From an uncultured bacterium (lineage in GTDB: Bacteria > UBP4 > UBA4092): 44,824 nt of DNA. The notes below the pieces were generated by a model. It searched no databases, was not told where the DNA came from, and was given only the letters and a program-made list of their open reading frames with translations. Below are positions 17,947 to 27,721 of the stretch, piece by piece. The stretch covers positions 124,001 to 168,824 of the forward strand of contig CAZXWN010000004.1 of the NCBI GenBank assembly GCA_964644695.1. Direction: 5' to 3'. Every line of letters begins with the position of its first letter. Position 1 is the first letter of the stretch. Made by a program: the position numbers and the translations under genes.

Positions 17947-18798
17947 TCAGTTCGTAATCGTTTCAAGTTGAAGTATTCGTTGTAACCTTAATTGCCGATA
18001 CCCCCCACCTTCAGGCGGCCTGCAAATCAAATGGAACTGACCTTGTTGATTGGGAATGACATCCAGCGGTTCAAAGATTTCACTCTGGCGATTTCCGTCT
18101 ATGTCCATATAGTCAACAGAGATCAAAGAACCCGACTTGAAGGCTTCAGGCAAACCCGGCATCAGTTGATAGTTTTTATCCAAATCCCGGTATGGATCCA
18201 CCTGACAGGTCCCCTTTTGCAGACAAATCAAATCTCCAATCGTTCGGGCTCCCCCCTGCCGGAAATGATGAATAAAGACTTCAAACACGGACTTAAGTAA
18301 TTCAATATCGGCCAATGCCCGATGCAGATTACCCGCTTCGATTTTCAAAGCCCGGCCCAAATCTCCCAATCGATTCCCCGTAGGAAACCGGTAATAGGTT
18401 CGTGCCAGATAAAGCGAATCCAGGACCGGACATTCAAGTTCTGGCTGGCACAAGACACTGAGCTGAACGGACAGGAACCCTAAATCAAAGGGTGCATTGT
18501 GCATCACAATACAAGTCCCTTCAAGAAAATCGCGAACCGGTTTAATAACTTCCTTAAAATGGGGTTTATCCTGCACCATTTCATTGGTGATATTGTTTAT
18601 CTCGGAGGCCCCGGGAGATATTCTTCGTCCTGGATTCAATAAACTTTCCCAGGTATCTACGATTTGGCCATTGACCACCTTCAACATCGCCAGTTCACAC
18701 ATCCGCTCCCCTAATCGAGGGTCAATGCCTGTTGTTTCGGTATCTAAATAGACAAAGGGGATTTGCTCGATAGGTGTATCGGGATGTAGTCGGGCCAT
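17947..18798 (-). CDS. DEDDh 3'-5' exonuclease (DnaQ-like) with a C-terminal WYL-like domain
   Basis: LDTETTG, HNAPFD and HRALAD, followed by VDYMD..G.....EP......YRQLRLQRI. Confidence 0.85.
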   Translation of the reverse strand: MARLHPDTPIEQIPFVYLDTETTGIDPRLGERMCELAMLKVVNGQIVDTWESLLNPGRRISPGASEINNITNEMVQDKPHFKEVIKPVRDFLEGTCIVMHNAPFDLGFLSVQLSVLCQPELECPVLDSLYLARTYYRFPTGNRLGDLGRALKIEAGNLHRALADIELLKSVFEVFIHHFRQGGARTIGDLICLQKGTCQVDPYRDLDKNYQLMPGLPEAFKSGSLISVDYMDIDGNRQSEIFEPLDVIPNQQGQFHLICRPPEGGGYRQLRLQRILQLETITN

Positions 18799-19643
18799 TA
18801 CTGGGTATCCTTATCTTGAGAGGTGATTGCTTCAATCTCCAGTGGTGATTGACCGGGTTTAAGCATGGGAGGCTTAATTACAGGAATCATGGCAATGGGC
18901 AACGAAAAAATAACTGTGGTACCTGACCCAACCGTTGAGTCCAGTGTTACCGTCCCACCTAAATCTTCCACCGCCCTGCGGGTAATTGACAAGCCCAAAC
19001 CGCTCCCGCCGGTCTTGGTGGTAAAAAAGATGTCAAACACTCGGGGCAGTATTTCGGGTGGGATACCCTTCCCGGTATCAGTGATAGTGATCAATACTCT
19101 GGATTTGACCCGGCGAGTTCGGATAGTGAACTTGCCGCCATCGGGCATGGCTGCCGCAGAGTTGAGATACAGATTCATCAGGATAGACCGAAACAGGTTC
19201 TCATCCATTAAGACCCAGGGGAGTTTCTTCTGAAGTTTAGTCGATACTTTGATTTTGTCCCGGTCGGATGTGGGCTGTATGAAATCCACAAAGGTTTCAA
19301 TCAAAGGATTGATATCCTGGGGTTGGAGCTTCTGAATGGAACTTCGGGCAAAGTGCAGGAATTCGGAAAGGATATGTTCCAACCGTTGGACTTCCTTCAA
19401 TGAGGAATCCAGCCGGCGGCTCATTTTTGTATCATTATATTTTTTACAGTCTTCCTGTAATAACTGTAAATTCAGATAAATTGTATTGAGAGGATTGCGT
19501 AATTCGTGAGCCAGTTTACGAACACTCCCGCCCACATAACCCAGCCGTTCAGCAGCACGGAGTTTTTCTTCCAATTCTTCCGTAGTCGTTCGTTTTCGGC
19601 CGGTCGGCGGCAGATCACTCTCTAACAAAGTATGATCGGTCAT
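18798..19643 (-). CDS. Cytoplasmic histidine kinase (HisKA plus HATPase only)
   Basis: LAHELRNPL, DTGKGI and FFTTK.GGSGLGL. No sensor or TM region. Start uncertain (19643-19667). Confidence 0.88.
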   Translation of the reverse strand: MTDHTLLESDLPPTGRKRTTTEELEEKLRAAERLGYVGGSVRKLAHELRNPLNTIYLNLQLLQEDCKKYNDTKMSRRLDSSLKEVQRLEHILSEFLHFARSSIQKLQPQDINPLIETFVDFIQPTSDRDKIKVSTKLQKKLPWVLMDENLFRSILMNLYLNSAAAMPDGGKFTIRTRRVKSRVLITITDTGKGIPPEILPRVFDIFFTTKTGGSGLGLSITRRAVEDLGGTVTLDSTVGSGTTVIFSLPIAMIPVIKPPMLKPGQSPLEIEAITSQDKDTQ

Positions 19644-19703
19644 ATACTTATCATAGCAAATCATCAACCGTATCGCCGTAGGAGAATAACAGGACAGAAT
19701 GAA

Positions 19704-20696
19704 TCAAAAAGATGGCGTATGGGTCAGGATTTGCTGCATTTTCCAGCCCAGACAATGAATAAACCGGTCGTCTGTACCACAACATCCCCCCATGATTTTC
19801 AGGCCGTACCGTTGGTGGAGTATCATCATGTTGGCTGCCAGATGCTGAGGTTCGTCAGCCGATAACTGGTCCAATCCGTCCAGTTCACTCGGCGATAGAG
19901 TGGAAGCATTGGCTTGAAGCCCCAGGAATCGAGACAGAAGTTCGGGCGATTGTGCCATAACACTGCGTAAAACAGGATCCAACCGTACAGGGTGCATGCA
20001 GTTTGCCATGTATCCTACCGGTCGAGGTGATAACTCTTTTTCCAATAATTCCATTGCCTGATTGAAAGGAGTGCCATCCAAAAGCGTGCCCGACGGGTCA
20101 AGGATAAAACTCAAGATATAGGGTTTCCCTGTCTGCGCCATTGCTTTTCCTAATCCAAGAGCTTCTGGAAATGCCGGCAAGGTAGCGGCGAATAAAAAGT
20201 CTGCTCCCCCCTGAGCCAGGGCGTTGACCTGTGTTTGATGAAAAATAAAAGCTTCTTCCGTCGAAAGAGTTTCTTCCGGTTTATAGGCATCCCCACGACA
20301 ACCCATCAAACCACCAATTTGGATTTTATCCGAATAGGTCCCGTACTCATTACGAATCGTATTCAGGAATCGGCAGGCTTCCCCGTTGATGTCCAGCAAA
20401 TCCATTCCGGCCTGTGATATCCGGTCGGGGTTAGCACGCCAGGTTGGGGTAAAAATCAGAAAAGGAAGATTGTATTCCCGTCCAATGTTCAGATACTGCC
20501 TGAATAAAGTACCCAGAGCATCCCGGCCCTGTTCACTAAACAAAAAGCCTGCATGCACTAACATTGGATCTAATGGTAAAGAATCTCCCCGCCGCAGTCG
20601 TTCCACAATGGAACCTTCGGTGAGAATCAAAGGGTATTGGGCTAAAAATTCAGGGAAATTCATATCCTCTAAATTTAACACAAGGGTTGGGAACAT
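19704..20696 (-). CDS. Homocysteine S-methyltransferase family protein
   Basis: ANCMHP and GGCCGT zinc motifs. The start may be the internal Met (MNFPEF). Confidence 0.88.
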   Translation of the reverse strand: MFPTLVLNLEDMNFPEFLAQYPLILTEGSIVERLRRGDSLPLDPMLVHAGFLFSEQGRDALGTLFRQYLNIGREYNLPFLIFTPTWRANPDRISQAGMDLLDINGEACRFLNTIRNEYGTYSDKIQIGGLMGCRGDAYKPEETLSTEEAFIFHQTQVNALAQGGADFLFAATLPAFPEALGLGKAMAQTGKPYILSFILDPSGTLLDGTPFNQAMELLEKELSPRPVGYMANCMHPVRLDPVLRSVMAQSPELLSRFLGLQANASTLSPSELDGLDQLSADEPQHLAANMMILHQRYGLKIMGGCCGTDDRFIHCLGWKMQQILTHTPSF

Positions 20697-20725
20697 TTAT
20701 CAGGTTTTCTTAGTCTGATAATAAT

Positions 20726-21763
20726 ATGGAGGTATGTATGATGTATCACAGACAATTATGGGGCATACTGGGAATTATCCTGTTACTCACGACTTTATCT
20801 GTTTCTTCCTATTCACAAACGGAGTCAACAGCGAATCTCTTTGATCAAGAAAATCAAAATATCTATTCCAGGCAAAGTTCATATAGACCTTGGATGAGAC
20901 AAGGACAGAGGCGACAGTGGAATCAAAGAAGACAGCCTCTCTATCGACAATCCAATATTCAATTGACCGTCTCCATGGATACTTGGTTCAATATTCCTTA
21001 CAGTAACATTTCCACATCAAACCCCAATCAGCTGACTTTGGATATCTATTCTCCCAAAACCAAAGATAAACATCCGGTGATAGTCTTCATTCACGGTGGG
21101 GGATGGACAATGGGTGATAAACTGGGGGCGGCTGTACCGGTGAAAGCTAATTATTTCGTCGGTCAGGGTTGTGTCCTGGTCAGTGTAAACTACCGGCTTG
21201 CCCCAGAGGTTAAGCATCCAGAACAAATCCGGGACATTGCTCGAAGTTTATCCTGGATCCATAAACATATCGCCCAGTATGGAGGTGATACCAGCAGGAT
21301 GTTTGTCATGGGACATTCCGCAGGCGCCCATCTGGCGGCTTTAATTGGTACTGACGACCACCGATTGAAAGAGGCTGGATTGTCCCTGTCCGATTTGAAG
21401 GGAGTCATATTATTGGATGGTGCAGGATATGACCTGACCTTCCAGAACTCAGGAATTATGGGCAATCTCCATTCAAATGTGTTCGGTACAAATCCAGAAG
21501 TGTTGAAGGATGCGTCTCCCATGAGCCATATCCAATCCGGGAAAAACATCCCTCCATTCCTGATTTTCACCGCTGAACGGCCTGGCTCTCAGGCAATATC
21601 CAGCAAAATGGCATCAATGCTTACACAGGCTGGGTATCAGGCAGTTCATCACCATTTTAAGGATAAAAACCATACCACCATAAACAGTGATATTGGTAAA
21701 CAGGGAGATGTAGCGACTCAATACATACATGACTTTATAAAAACAGGGATACTCACCCAATAA
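20726..21763 (+). CDS. Secreted alpha/beta-hydrolase (HSL-family esterase)
   Basis: Signal peptide, HGGGW, NYRLAP and GHSAG. Confidence 0.9.
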   Translation: MEVCMMYHRQLWGILGIILLLTTLSVSSYSQTESTANLFDQENQNIYSRQSSYRPWMRQGQRRQWNQRRQPLYRQSNIQLTVSMDTWFNIPYSNISTSNPNQLTLDIYSPKTKDKHPVIVFIHGGGWTMGDKLGAAVPVKANYFVGQGCVLVSVNYRLAPEVKHPEQIRDIARSLSWIHKHIAQYGGDTSRMFVMGHSAGAHLAALIGTDDHRLKEAGLSLSDLKGVILLDGAGYDLTFQNSGIMGNLHSNVFGTNPEVLKDASPMSHIQSGKNIPPFLIFTAERPGSQAISSKMASMLTQAGYQAVHHHFKDKNHTTINSDIGKQGDVATQYIHDFIKTGILTQ

Positions 21764-22564
21764 TCAGCGAGATTGAGAAGTCGCAGGAGGGTTTGCCGCT
21801 GCCCAGAATTTCCAGAGACAACCACCGGTAATAAACATGAGAATACTCAGCCATTGGCCCATGGATAAATTCATTGATAGTAGTCCCAGTTGGGCATCGG
21901 GTTCACGGAAGAATTCCACAATGAACCGGCTGACACTGTAGCCCATGATAAACAAACTAAACAGTTTACCGGCATATTTTTCCAATCGATTTTTGAATAT
22001 CCAGAGAAGAATCAATAAACAAATCCCTTCCAGAAATAATTCATAGAGCTGAGAAGGATGGCGGGGTTCTGGTCCCGCACTGGGGAATATCATTCCCCAG
22101 GATACCTGGGTGATTCTTCCATACAATTCCCCATTGATAAAATTCCCCAACCGACCCAAACCCAAACCTATTGGAGCCCCCAACGCCATAATATCTGCCA
22201 TGACTCGGTAATCCTGTTTATACCTACGACAGAAGATCCAGCCAGCCAACGCTGTCCCCATGATGCCGCCATGAAAGGACATACCACCCTGCCAGATAGC
22301 AATAATATCTTTCGGGTTCTGCAAATAATCTTTTAGTCCATATATCAGGACATATCCCAGTCGGCCACCCAATACCACCCCTAAAACCATGTAGGTGTAA
22401 AACGACATAATGTCATCATTGGATAAATTTATATTCCGTTTTTTTACCAGCCGGGTGGTTATCATATACGAAGCTATAAAACCCAAAATATACATCAACC
22501 CGTACCAATGTACGGCAAAGGGTCCAATCTTCATAATCACAGGATCAAAATTTACAGTCATCAT
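21764..22564 (-). CDS. lgt: Prolipoprotein diacylglyceryl transferase
   Basis: WYGLMY, GGMSFHGG, GRLGNFINGELYGR, RHPSQLYE and EFFREPD. Confidence 0.98.
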   Translation of the reverse strand: MMTVNFDPVIMKIGPFAVHWYGLMYILGFIASYMITTRLVKKRNINLSNDDIMSFYTYMVLGVVLGGRLGYVLIYGLKDYLQNPKDIIAIWQGGMSFHGGIMGTALAGWIFCRRYKQDYRVMADIMALGAPIGLGLGRLGNFINGELYGRITQVSWGMIFPSAGPEPRHPSQLYELFLEGICLLILLWIFKNRLEKYAGKLFSLFIMGYSVSRFIVEFFREPDAQLGLLSMNLSMGQWLSILMFITGGCLWKFWAAANPPATSQSR

Positions 22565-22566
22565 AA

Positions 22567-24363
22567 TTAATTATATTCTACCGGAATTACGGGAGTCCCA
22601 TACAGAAGCGGCAAACGGCCCTCCTGTTTTGATTTAACTGGTAACCAGGACTGGTAATAAGTCCCATAAACTCCAGCCATGCCAAAGTCACCTAAATAAT
22701 ACAAATGTCCTGACTCATCCCTGATTTCATAACAAACCATGGGGGGATACTTCAGGTTCATAAAGGGATTATCTATCAACTTTAAAGTCATTATCTCTAG
22801 ATTTTGGATTTCCTGGACTTCATGAGCATTCCATTTCTGGTCATATGCCAGCACAAGAGGACCTACAATCAGAGAGGATTGATTCTGTACGCGTATATCA
22901 CCCTTTATCAGTCGTGGAGTAAAATCCAACTCAAGGCGAATCGTATCTCCCGAACTCCAATTTCGATGGATATCCACATATTCACCCGGATGGATTTTAG
23001 CCATTTCAATTTCTTCAGCATTGATTGATATTTTAGTGATTAATGACCATTGGGGTATCCTGAGTTGGATAGTTTTATCAATCGGATGTTCAGATATAAT
23101 CCTCACTACCACTGCGGGATGCACAGGATATTCAGTCTCCTGTCGAATTATCCACGAAAGACCTTCTTCATCCATACAATGAAATTCACCTGAGCCATAA
23201 TAATTGACCTGAAGCCGATGATTGAATGAAGTAAAAGCCCATTGAGTCAATAAGCCCAAAGCCTGTGGGGCACTCATCGAACAACAATTCAACTCAGGGG
23301 TACCGGCTCTTGCCTGAAATACAATGCTTTGCGCTGAAGATATACGGTGACCCTTCATGGGCGTATCATAAGTAAACCATCGACCACTGGGATGAGTAAA
23401 TCCACGGCTGGCATTCAATGTTGCCCATTCCAAAGCATCCACATACCGGGGAGCCTGTGTTATTTGGTAGAGTTTTAATGTGAGCCACATCCAGGCCACG
23501 GTACAACAAGTTTCAATAGGACCAGATTCAAACGGATTCCCCATCGCTTTTTCATGAGTTGAGAAACTACCATCCTGATGAATATCCGTTTTGAAGATAC
23601 TATCCCAGATAAATATCACTGCATCCAGATAGGAAACATCACCCGTAATCTGGGATAGTTCACACAGTCCCATCAAACAATGAAGACTTTCCCAGCGGGG
23701 TTTCGATGTCGTATAAAACTCTTTCTGAGCCAATGCCAGTCGATAATAATCACCCGCTCCCTGCTTTTCAAAATCACTGACAATACGGTGGCAAAACTCA
23801 AGGTATTCAGGATAAGACGTTAATCGATACAATCGAGCCACCCCATGTAATATACCCATATTCATTTCCATGGAGTCTGAATGACTGAATTCATACCCAT
23901 CTCTTAAATATTTATGAGTTATCAATCGCCCCATTTTATCCGCCATGGACTGATATCGAGATTCATGAAAATACTCAGCGCAATCCAGCAACCCATGAAT
24001 CAAGTGGTTATGTCCCCAGAGATCCCAATGGTCTGATAACTGTCCTTCCCGCCAGGGACCCAAATATCCACTGGATTCCTGCAACGCTTCCAGTTCTTTC
24101 AACACGGATCTGACAACCATTTCCAAATCTTTAGATTGGGTCATTATCAGATAAGGAATCGCCGATTGAAGATATTTACCCATAAACTCTCCTGACCAGG
24201 GCTCAGGGGGATTCCCATAGGAAGGAGTCCGATACTTTAGTCGGAACATTTCTAATAAACCTGGATTCGCATCTGGAACAGAGATTAACCATTGATTCAT
24301 TATATTTTTGATCCGTAATCCAAGCTCGCCATCAAGATTCATATAAGCTATTTTTCCACGCAT
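22567..24363 (-). CDS. GH127/GH146-like beta-L-arabinofuranosidase domain protein
   Basis: GEFMGKY, GYLGP, IETCC, LNCC, T.YP and LRIPQW. Start uncertain (24342-24405). Confidence 0.82.
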   Translation of the reverse strand: MRGKIAYMNLDGELGLRIKNIMNQWLISVPDANPGLLEMFRLKYRTPSYGNPPEPWSGEFMGKYLQSAIPYLIMTQSKDLEMVVRSVLKELEALQESSGYLGPWREGQLSDHWDLWGHNHLIHGLLDCAEYFHESRYQSMADKMGRLITHKYLRDGYEFSHSDSMEMNMGILHGVARLYRLTSYPEYLEFCHRIVSDFEKQGAGDYYRLALAQKEFYTTSKPRWESLHCLMGLCELSQITGDVSYLDAVIFIWDSIFKTDIHQDGSFSTHEKAMGNPFESGPIETCCTVAWMWLTLKLYQITQAPRYVDALEWATLNASRGFTHPSGRWFTYDTPMKGHRISSAQSIVFQARAGTPELNCCSMSAPQALGLLTQWAFTSFNHRLQVNYYGSGEFHCMDEEGLSWIIRQETEYPVHPAVVVRIISEHPIDKTIQLRIPQWSLITKISINAEEIEMAKIHPGEYVDIHRNWSSGDTIRLELDFTPRLIKGDIRVQNQSSLIVGPLVLAYDQKWNAHEVQEIQNLEIMTLKLIDNPFMNLKYPPMVCYEIRDESGHLYYLGDFGMAGVYGTYYQSWLPVKSKQEGRLPLLYGTPVIPVEYN

Positions 24364-24440
24364 ATTTATTACTCCAAGTTGTTCTATCTTAACCAGAACT
24401 TCCACTACTTAAAAGTTTTACTATTTGTTATTTTTATAAT

Positions 24441-24460
24441 ATTTGGTATAATTACCAAAT
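24441..24460. promoter_or_regulatory. ArsR operator palindrome
   Basis: Perfect 8-4-8 inverted repeat ATTTGGTA-TAAT-TACCAAAT overlapping a TATAAT, 7 nt before the arsR start. Confidence 0.7.
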
Positions 24461-24467
24461 AACTATT

Positions 24468-24791
24468 ATGAATAAAGCAACCTTAAAACCAAGATCACCC
24501 GAACAGTTTGCAACGCGTGCCAAGGTATTAAAGGCAATGGCACATCCATCACGGTTACTGGTTCTGGATGAACTCTCCAGTGGAGAACGATGTGTCTGTC
24601 AGCTGGTCGAGCTCATTGGTGCTGATTTTTCTACTGTATCCAAACATCTGACAGTATTAAAAGAGGCAGGATTAGTAGAAGATGATAAGCGGGGTCAACA
24701 GGTGTTCTATCGATTGAAAGTTCCCTGTATTTTGGAATTTATGGAGTGTATTGAGACTGTTGTTAAAAAAGGCTGTTCTTGCCGTAAGTAA
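24468..24791 (+). CDS. arsR: ArsR/SmtB family regulator
   Basis: KAMAHPSRL, ERCVCQL, STVSKHL..LK.AGLV and a Cys-rich tail. Confidence 0.93.
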   Translation: MNKATLKPRSPEQFATRAKVLKAMAHPSRLLVLDELSSGERCVCQLVELIGADFSTVSKHLTVLKEAGLVEDDKRGQQVFYRLKVPCILEFMECIETVVKKGCSCRK

Positions 24792-24878
24792 ATAAGCCCC
24801 ACTTTTTATTTAACCAGTATTTGGCTTTTTGGCAAAATATAAAGTAAAGAAAGAATATCCAAAGGAGTAACATAGACA

Positions 24879-25109
24879 ATGAAAATACAGATTCTAGGTA
24901 GTGGCTGTGCAAAATGTAAGAAATTGGCAGAAGCGACAGAACAGGCCGCAACAGAACTCGGTTTAGATTATGAATTGATCAAAGTAACCGATTTTGTTGA
25001 AATTATGAAATTCGCAGTCATGGCCACGCCAGCACTGGTTGTCGATGGAACAGTGAAAGTCGTCGGCAGAGTCCCTACAGTAGAAGAAATTAAGCCGTTA
25101 TTAAAATAA
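24879..25109 (+). CDS. Small thioredoxin-like redox-active disulfide protein
   Basis: ILGSGCAKC and TPALVVDG. Confidence 0.92.
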   Translation: MKIQILGSGCAKCKKLAEATEQAATELGLDYELIKVTDFVEIMKFAVMATPALVVDGTVKVVGRVPTVEEIKPLLK

Positions 25110-25140
25110 GCAATAAATACATAAAACAAAGGAGAATATC

Positions 25141-25521
25141 ATGTCAGATTGTAAAGGAACTTGTGGAAAGGCCCCTGTAATTTTATATGCGTGTTCAGGT
25201 GCATCCGATGTGGGTGGATTAGCAGATCAGGCCGCACGTAAGTTGAGCCGTGAAGGATGTGGAAAAATGTCTTGTCTGGCAGGGATTGGTGGGCGTGTCA
25301 GTGACCTCATGGCATCTGCAGAATCGGCATCAGGACTTGTGGCTATCGACGGATGTCCCCAGAACTGTGCAAAGAAGATTTTGGAACTGGCAGGGTTTAA
25401 TCAGTTTACGCATATACAGCTGGCTGATTTAGGGTTAATGAAAACTCAGTCCCCGGTTAATGATGAGAATATTAATAAGGTCGTCAGTTATACCCAGGAC
25501 ATGATGTCCAAGATAAGTTAA
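25141..25521 (+). CDS. DGC-domain putative zinc-binding protein
   Basis: YACSGASDVG, CLAGIG and AIDGCPQNC. Confidence 0.9.
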   Translation: MSDCKGTCGKAPVILYACSGASDVGGLADQAARKLSREGCGKMSCLAGIGGRVSDLMASAESASGLVAIDGCPQNCAKKILELAGFNQFTHIQLADLGLMKTQSPVNDENINKVVSYTQDMMSKIS

Positions 25522-25523
25522 TC

Positions 25524-26048
25524 ATGAAACGATTTCATCTTATCCCAGTCCTGCTGATGGGCATGCTGTCTTTGCTTTTTATTTCGGTTCTTATGGCAAC
25601 TCCACAAAAAACGAATACAAATAAAGAAAAGCCTAAGAGCTCTTCCGTAAAGAACAGCAAAACAGCACCCACACAATCGACCGTATCAACCCTTACCAAA
25701 AAGACTGATACGACACAATTAATTGTTTATTATTTTTATGGTAAACAACGGTGCAGCACCTGTCAGACTATTGAGAAATACGCGAAGGAAGCCGTTACCG
25801 AGGGATTCCCTGCTGAGATAAAATCCAAAAAGATTGTCTTTGTGCCGGTCAATGTCGAAGATGCAAATAATCTTCATTTCATCAAAGACTACCAACTGGT
25901 TTCCAGAACAGTAGTGGTCTCCCGTACCGTCAACGGCAAAGAAGTTAAATGGAAAAACCTTGATAAAGTGTGGGAACTGGTAAGAAACAAAGAAAAGTAT
26001 TTCAGTTATATACAAACGGAAGTAAAAGCCATGTCAGAGGGCAAGTAG
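25524..26048 (+). CDS. ArsF-family exported thioredoxin-like protein
   Basis: Signal peptide, VYYFYGKQRCSTCQTIE and WKNLDKVW. Confidence 0.78.
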   Translation: MKRFHLIPVLLMGMLSLLFISVLMATPQKTNTNKEKPKSSSVKNSKTAPTQSTVSTLTKKTDTTQLIVYYFYGKQRCSTCQTIEKYAKEAVTEGFPAEIKSKKIVFVPVNVEDANNLHFIKDYQLVSRTVVVSRTVNGKEVKWKNLDKVWELVRNKEKYFSYIQTEVKAMSEGK

Positions 26049-26050
26049 TA

Positions 26051-26758
26051 ATGCTCGAACTGATAACCGTTATGGGAACAGCTGTCTGGTTAGGGATATT
26101 AACTTCCATCAGCCCTTGTCCTATGGCAACCAATATTACAGCTATTTCTTATGTCAGCAGGAAAATTGGAAAACCATCACAAGTGTTTCTGACCGGACTC
26201 CTTTATTCTCTGGGAAGGACACTGGCTTACACTGTTTTAGGGATTCTTCTGGTTACCAGTTTTCTATCAGCACCGATACTATCGTTTATGCTGCAAAAGT
26301 ATATGAACTTGGTGATAGGACCATTATTGATTATCATCGGGATAATACTACTGGACATCATTCCCATTAGTTTTTCGGGACGGGGTCTAAGCACTAAAAT
26401 GCAAACAAGGATTGATACCATGGGCATCTGGGGCGCTGTACCCTTAGGTATTTTCTTCGCCTTATCATTTTGTCCTGTTTCTGCAGCTTTATTTTTTGGA
26501 AGCCTGTTATCACTGGCGTTAACACATAACTCAGGAGTATTACTTCCAGCAAGTTATGGGATCGCGACAGGATTACCTGTCCTGTTGTTCTCCATCTTGC
26601 TTTCATTGGGAGTCAGTCGTGTGGCCAAGGTTTACAATAAAATCCAGAGCTATGAAAAGTGGGCTCGACGTATCACAGCTGTATTATTTATCCTCGTTGG
26701 GCTCTATTATTCCCTAACTCAAATCTTTGGATTTTCATTCTATACTTCGAGCATCTGA
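26051..26758 (+). CDS. ArsG-family / CcdA-like membrane protein
   Basis: LTSISPCPMATNI and FALSFCPVSAALFFG. Start at ATG 26051, 2 nt after the upstream stop. Confidence 0.82.
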   Translation: MLELITVMGTAVWLGILTSISPCPMATNITAISYVSRKIGKPSQVFLTGLLYSLGRTLAYTVLGILLVTSFLSAPILSFMLQKYMNLVIGPLLIIIGIILLDIIPISFSGRGLSTKMQTRIDTMGIWGAVPLGIFFALSFCPVSAALFFGSLLSLALTHNSGVLLPASYGIATGLPVLLFSILLSLGVSRVAKVYNKIQSYEKWARRITAVLFILVGLYYSLTQIFGFSFYTSSI

Positions 26759-26788
26759 TATCTCACCCCTTTATCCACAGATAAAATA

Positions 26789-26820
26789 AAAGCCCCCGGT
26801 TTATCTAAGCCGAGGGCTTT
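26789..26820. terminator. Bidirectional terminator
   Basis: AAAGCCCCCGG...CCGAGGGCTTT between convergent genes. Confidence 0.7.
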
Positions 26821-26841
26821 CATATTTTTTATCATATTGAG

Positions 26842-27630
26842 TTATTTACGTTGTTCCTGTTCCACTGAATAAAGCTGTCCTGACCTGTCCTCTTTATAAT
26901 TGACTTTGAGGAAATCTTCATTTTGGACGGGTAATGCAACAAACAGATTTTCTTGTACGGAGATATCTACTACGCCTTTTTCTAAATCAGCGGACAGAAG
27001 ATGCCCCCCGAATGTTTTATCATCACTGAGGAAATGAAGATGATACCCCGGAACATTGAGTTTCCCCATCAGTTCGGGAAGACGAACACCAACTAGTGTT
27101 CCGGTCACATTTTCCCGCTCAAATTCCGGTTGTTTTTTGGTCACCTCAGCCAGGATGCGATATGGCTTGGTTTGAGCCGGTACCGATCGGGTTTTGACAT
27201 ATTTGAATATCCCTCTAATTTTGATGGCCAGTGGAATATTCTGGCTGGGATATTCCTTATCAATCTGGGACTTTATGGAGGCAAGGTCAGATGGACTATT
27301 TATGACCAGAGAGCGGTCAACAATAAACTTACAGATACTGGCAAAAGGTGTCGTTAACTTCGGTTGTGGCTCATATACTTTTCCATCCGCTTTTACTTGA
27401 TAGACTTTCTTCTCAAAGACCACCATCTCACCGTCCAACTTATCAAAAGTACCTATTCCAAAATCACCTTTCCTTATAAGTTGCTGACACGTCATAGAAC
27501 CGTCATAATGTCCGGCAAGTAACGCATCAATAGTTCCAACCTGTGATAAAGTTCTTTTGGGAGTAGTCGTGCAAGCCGTTAAACATAGAATTGTGATAAC
27601 AGCCAGACATAAAGAAGCCATTCTTTTCAT
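26842..27630 (-). CDS. budA: Alpha-acetolactate decarboxylase with lipoprotein signal
   Basis: GDFGIGTF..LDGEM, TRSVP and GYHLHFLSDD..FGGH. Lipobox LTAC. Confidence 0.92.
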   Translation of the reverse strand: MKRMASLCLAVITILCLTACTTTPKRTLSQVGTIDALLAGHYDGSMTCQQLIRKGDFGIGTFDKLDGEMVVFEKKVYQVKADGKVYEPQPKLTTPFASICKFIVDRSLVINSPSDLASIKSQIDKEYPSQNIPLAIKIRGIFKYVKTRSVPAQTKPYRILAEVTKKQPEFERENVTGTLVGVRLPELMGKLNVPGYHLHFLSDDKTFGGHLLSADLEKGVVDISVQENLFVALPVQNEDFLKVNYKEDRSGQLYSVEQEQRK

Positions 27631-27721
27631 ACGAGGATCCTTCCCTATTCTCTTCAGTATAACTGTGATTATATAGGAAGATTGGTAATTAAACGACCTC
27701 GGATTAAACAGACATACTTTA

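Noticed and set aside
26771-26779. DnaA box TTATCCACA suggesting oriC
   Set aside because: A single box in a short gap between convergent genes, with no cluster.
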